From a virus (taxonomy: Duplodnaviria; Caudoviricetes): a DNA stretch of 56,256 nucleotides. The stretch lies in IMG/VR virus record IMGVR_UViG_3300035665_002545, positions 1 to 56,256 of that record; one strand, written 5' to 3'. A program made the position numbers and the translations under genes. The notes beneath the pieces are model-generated. The model was not told where the DNA came from. It searched no databases and was given only the letters and a program-made list of their open reading frames with translations. This document shows positions 55,380-56,256 of this stretch, in pieces. Every line of letters begins with the position of its first letter. Position 1 is the stretch's first letter.

Positions 55380-56013
55380 TTAGATCACGCTCAAAGTCAC
55401 CTTTGTACATCTTGGGTCCCATATGTGCAACAGTATGGGTGGGATTGATCCAAATTGTGTATCCCATCTCCATGAGCTTCCTACAAAGAAGAATATCTTC
55501 ACCTACAAATGAATCGTTTTGAAAACTATAGTCAAAAATGAGTTTTAGTTTCTTATTTCGAAAGAGAATTTCAGGATTCGATTCCCATAGATCATGAATA
55601 GCTTTCTTAGATAGCTTCATAAATCCTGTGCCTACTTTTTTGGTTTTAATATAACCATCATTATCCTGTTCTACATGAGCTTCTAAAAAGACATTATACT
55701 CAATCTTCTTATCACCTTTATTAACTACAGGAAGGCATACCACATCCTTAGGAGACATGAGAATGTCTATGAGTGCTTTGGGATCCCAATACTCATCATC
55801 ATCGATGAATACCATGCCATCATAATCTTGTTGATACGCCAGATTGATTAGTTCATTCCTAGCCATGGGCAGTATGCTCTCATTGGCTAGGAAGATTGCG
55901 TTTAAGGCAAGATCATGTTTTGCACATAATTTTATGGATTCACAAAGGCTATGCACATAATATGCATCAACCTTACCATATAAGCATGGAGTAGCTATCA
56001 AAATACGCTTCAT
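55357..56013 (-). CDS. phage GT-A-fold glycosyltransferase-like protein (paralog of 36073-36897)
   Basis: ILIATPC, ESILPMARN, FIDDD, GTGFM, GEDI..C. Confidence 0.7.
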   Translation of the reverse strand: MKRILIATPCLYGKVDAYYVHSLCESIKLCAKHDLALNAIFLANESILPMARNELINLAYQQDYDGMVFIDDDEYWDPKALIDILMSPKDVVCLPVVNKGDKKIEYNVFLEAHVEQDNDGYIKTKKVGTGFMKLSKKAIHDLWESNPEILFRNKKLKLIFDYSFQNDSFVGEDILLCRKLMEMGYTIWINPTHTVAHMGPKMYKGDFERDLNEKHTIL

Positions 56014-56033
56014 AATACCTCAAATGTTTTAAA

Positions 56034-56255
56034 TTAGACGAAAAATAACAAAAATTTATTTCTTATAGCAGATACTACAGGGGCTACAAAAGATTCAAAC
56101 AACCAGCCAAGACTACCGTTGTTCGTTGAGTTCGCGCCCGCGTACCATGTTGTATCAAGACTGTACGCCCTCACACCCGTGATCGCTAAGTAGTCAACGT
56201 TCGCTGCCGTTCCAGACCCGGTAAAGATCAGCGTACCCGGAGATGCTGCCGATGT
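56034..56255 (-). CDS. C-terminus of a probable virion or tail-appendage protein (partial)
   Basis: Open frame ...GTAANVDYLAITGVRAYSLDTTWYAGANSTNNGSLGWLF...FLLFFV*; G/T/S/A-rich and higher GC. Confidence 0.55.
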   Translation of the reverse strand, partial: TSAASPGTLIFTGSGTAANVDYLAITGVRAYSLDTTWYAGANSTNNGSLGWLFESFVAPVVSAIRNKFLLFFV

Positions 56256-56256
56256 A

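Noticed and set aside
1-56256. Assignment to a cyanophage or a specific host
   Set aside because: hsp20, def and the CobS-like gene are shared by many aquatic T4-like phages, and no photosynthesis genes are present; the host cannot be determined from this window.

Overview
A 56 kb segment of a large T4-like (Tevenvirinae/Kyanoviridae-type) myovirus genome, with essentially all genes on the minus strand. In transcription order (high to low coordinates): the 3' end of a probable virion protein; a small glycosyltransferase, sulfotransferase and APS-kinase-nucleotidyltransferase block; the T4 core gp13-gp23 neck, tail, packaging and head module; gp3, uvsY, uvsW and gp55; a complete 7-deazaguanine cluster (queE, folE, dpdA/TGT-like, queF, queC, stand-alone class II glutaminase, queD, yhhQ); gp47, gp46 and def; an early-promoted CobT-like/CobS-like pair; a ~15 kb nucleotide-sugar and glycosyltransferase island headed by a T4 late promoter; gp45, gp44, gp62 and regA; rubredoxin and hsp20; and a partly decayed tRNA cluster that includes two structurally non-canonical tRNAs. 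The best candidates for new biology are (i) a two-locus, late-expressed system for making rare sugars (fucose/colitose and a branched yersiniose-like sugar), methylating and sulfating them, with a possible miniature PAPS synthase, perhaps to decorate the virion; (ii) a deazaguanine DNA-modification cluster with both a true QueF and a free glutaminase; (iii) allo-tRNA-like RNAs; and (iv) a TGTTG-N8-CAACA palindrome at early promoters. All assignments come from motif recognition and synteny by eye; no database searches were run.
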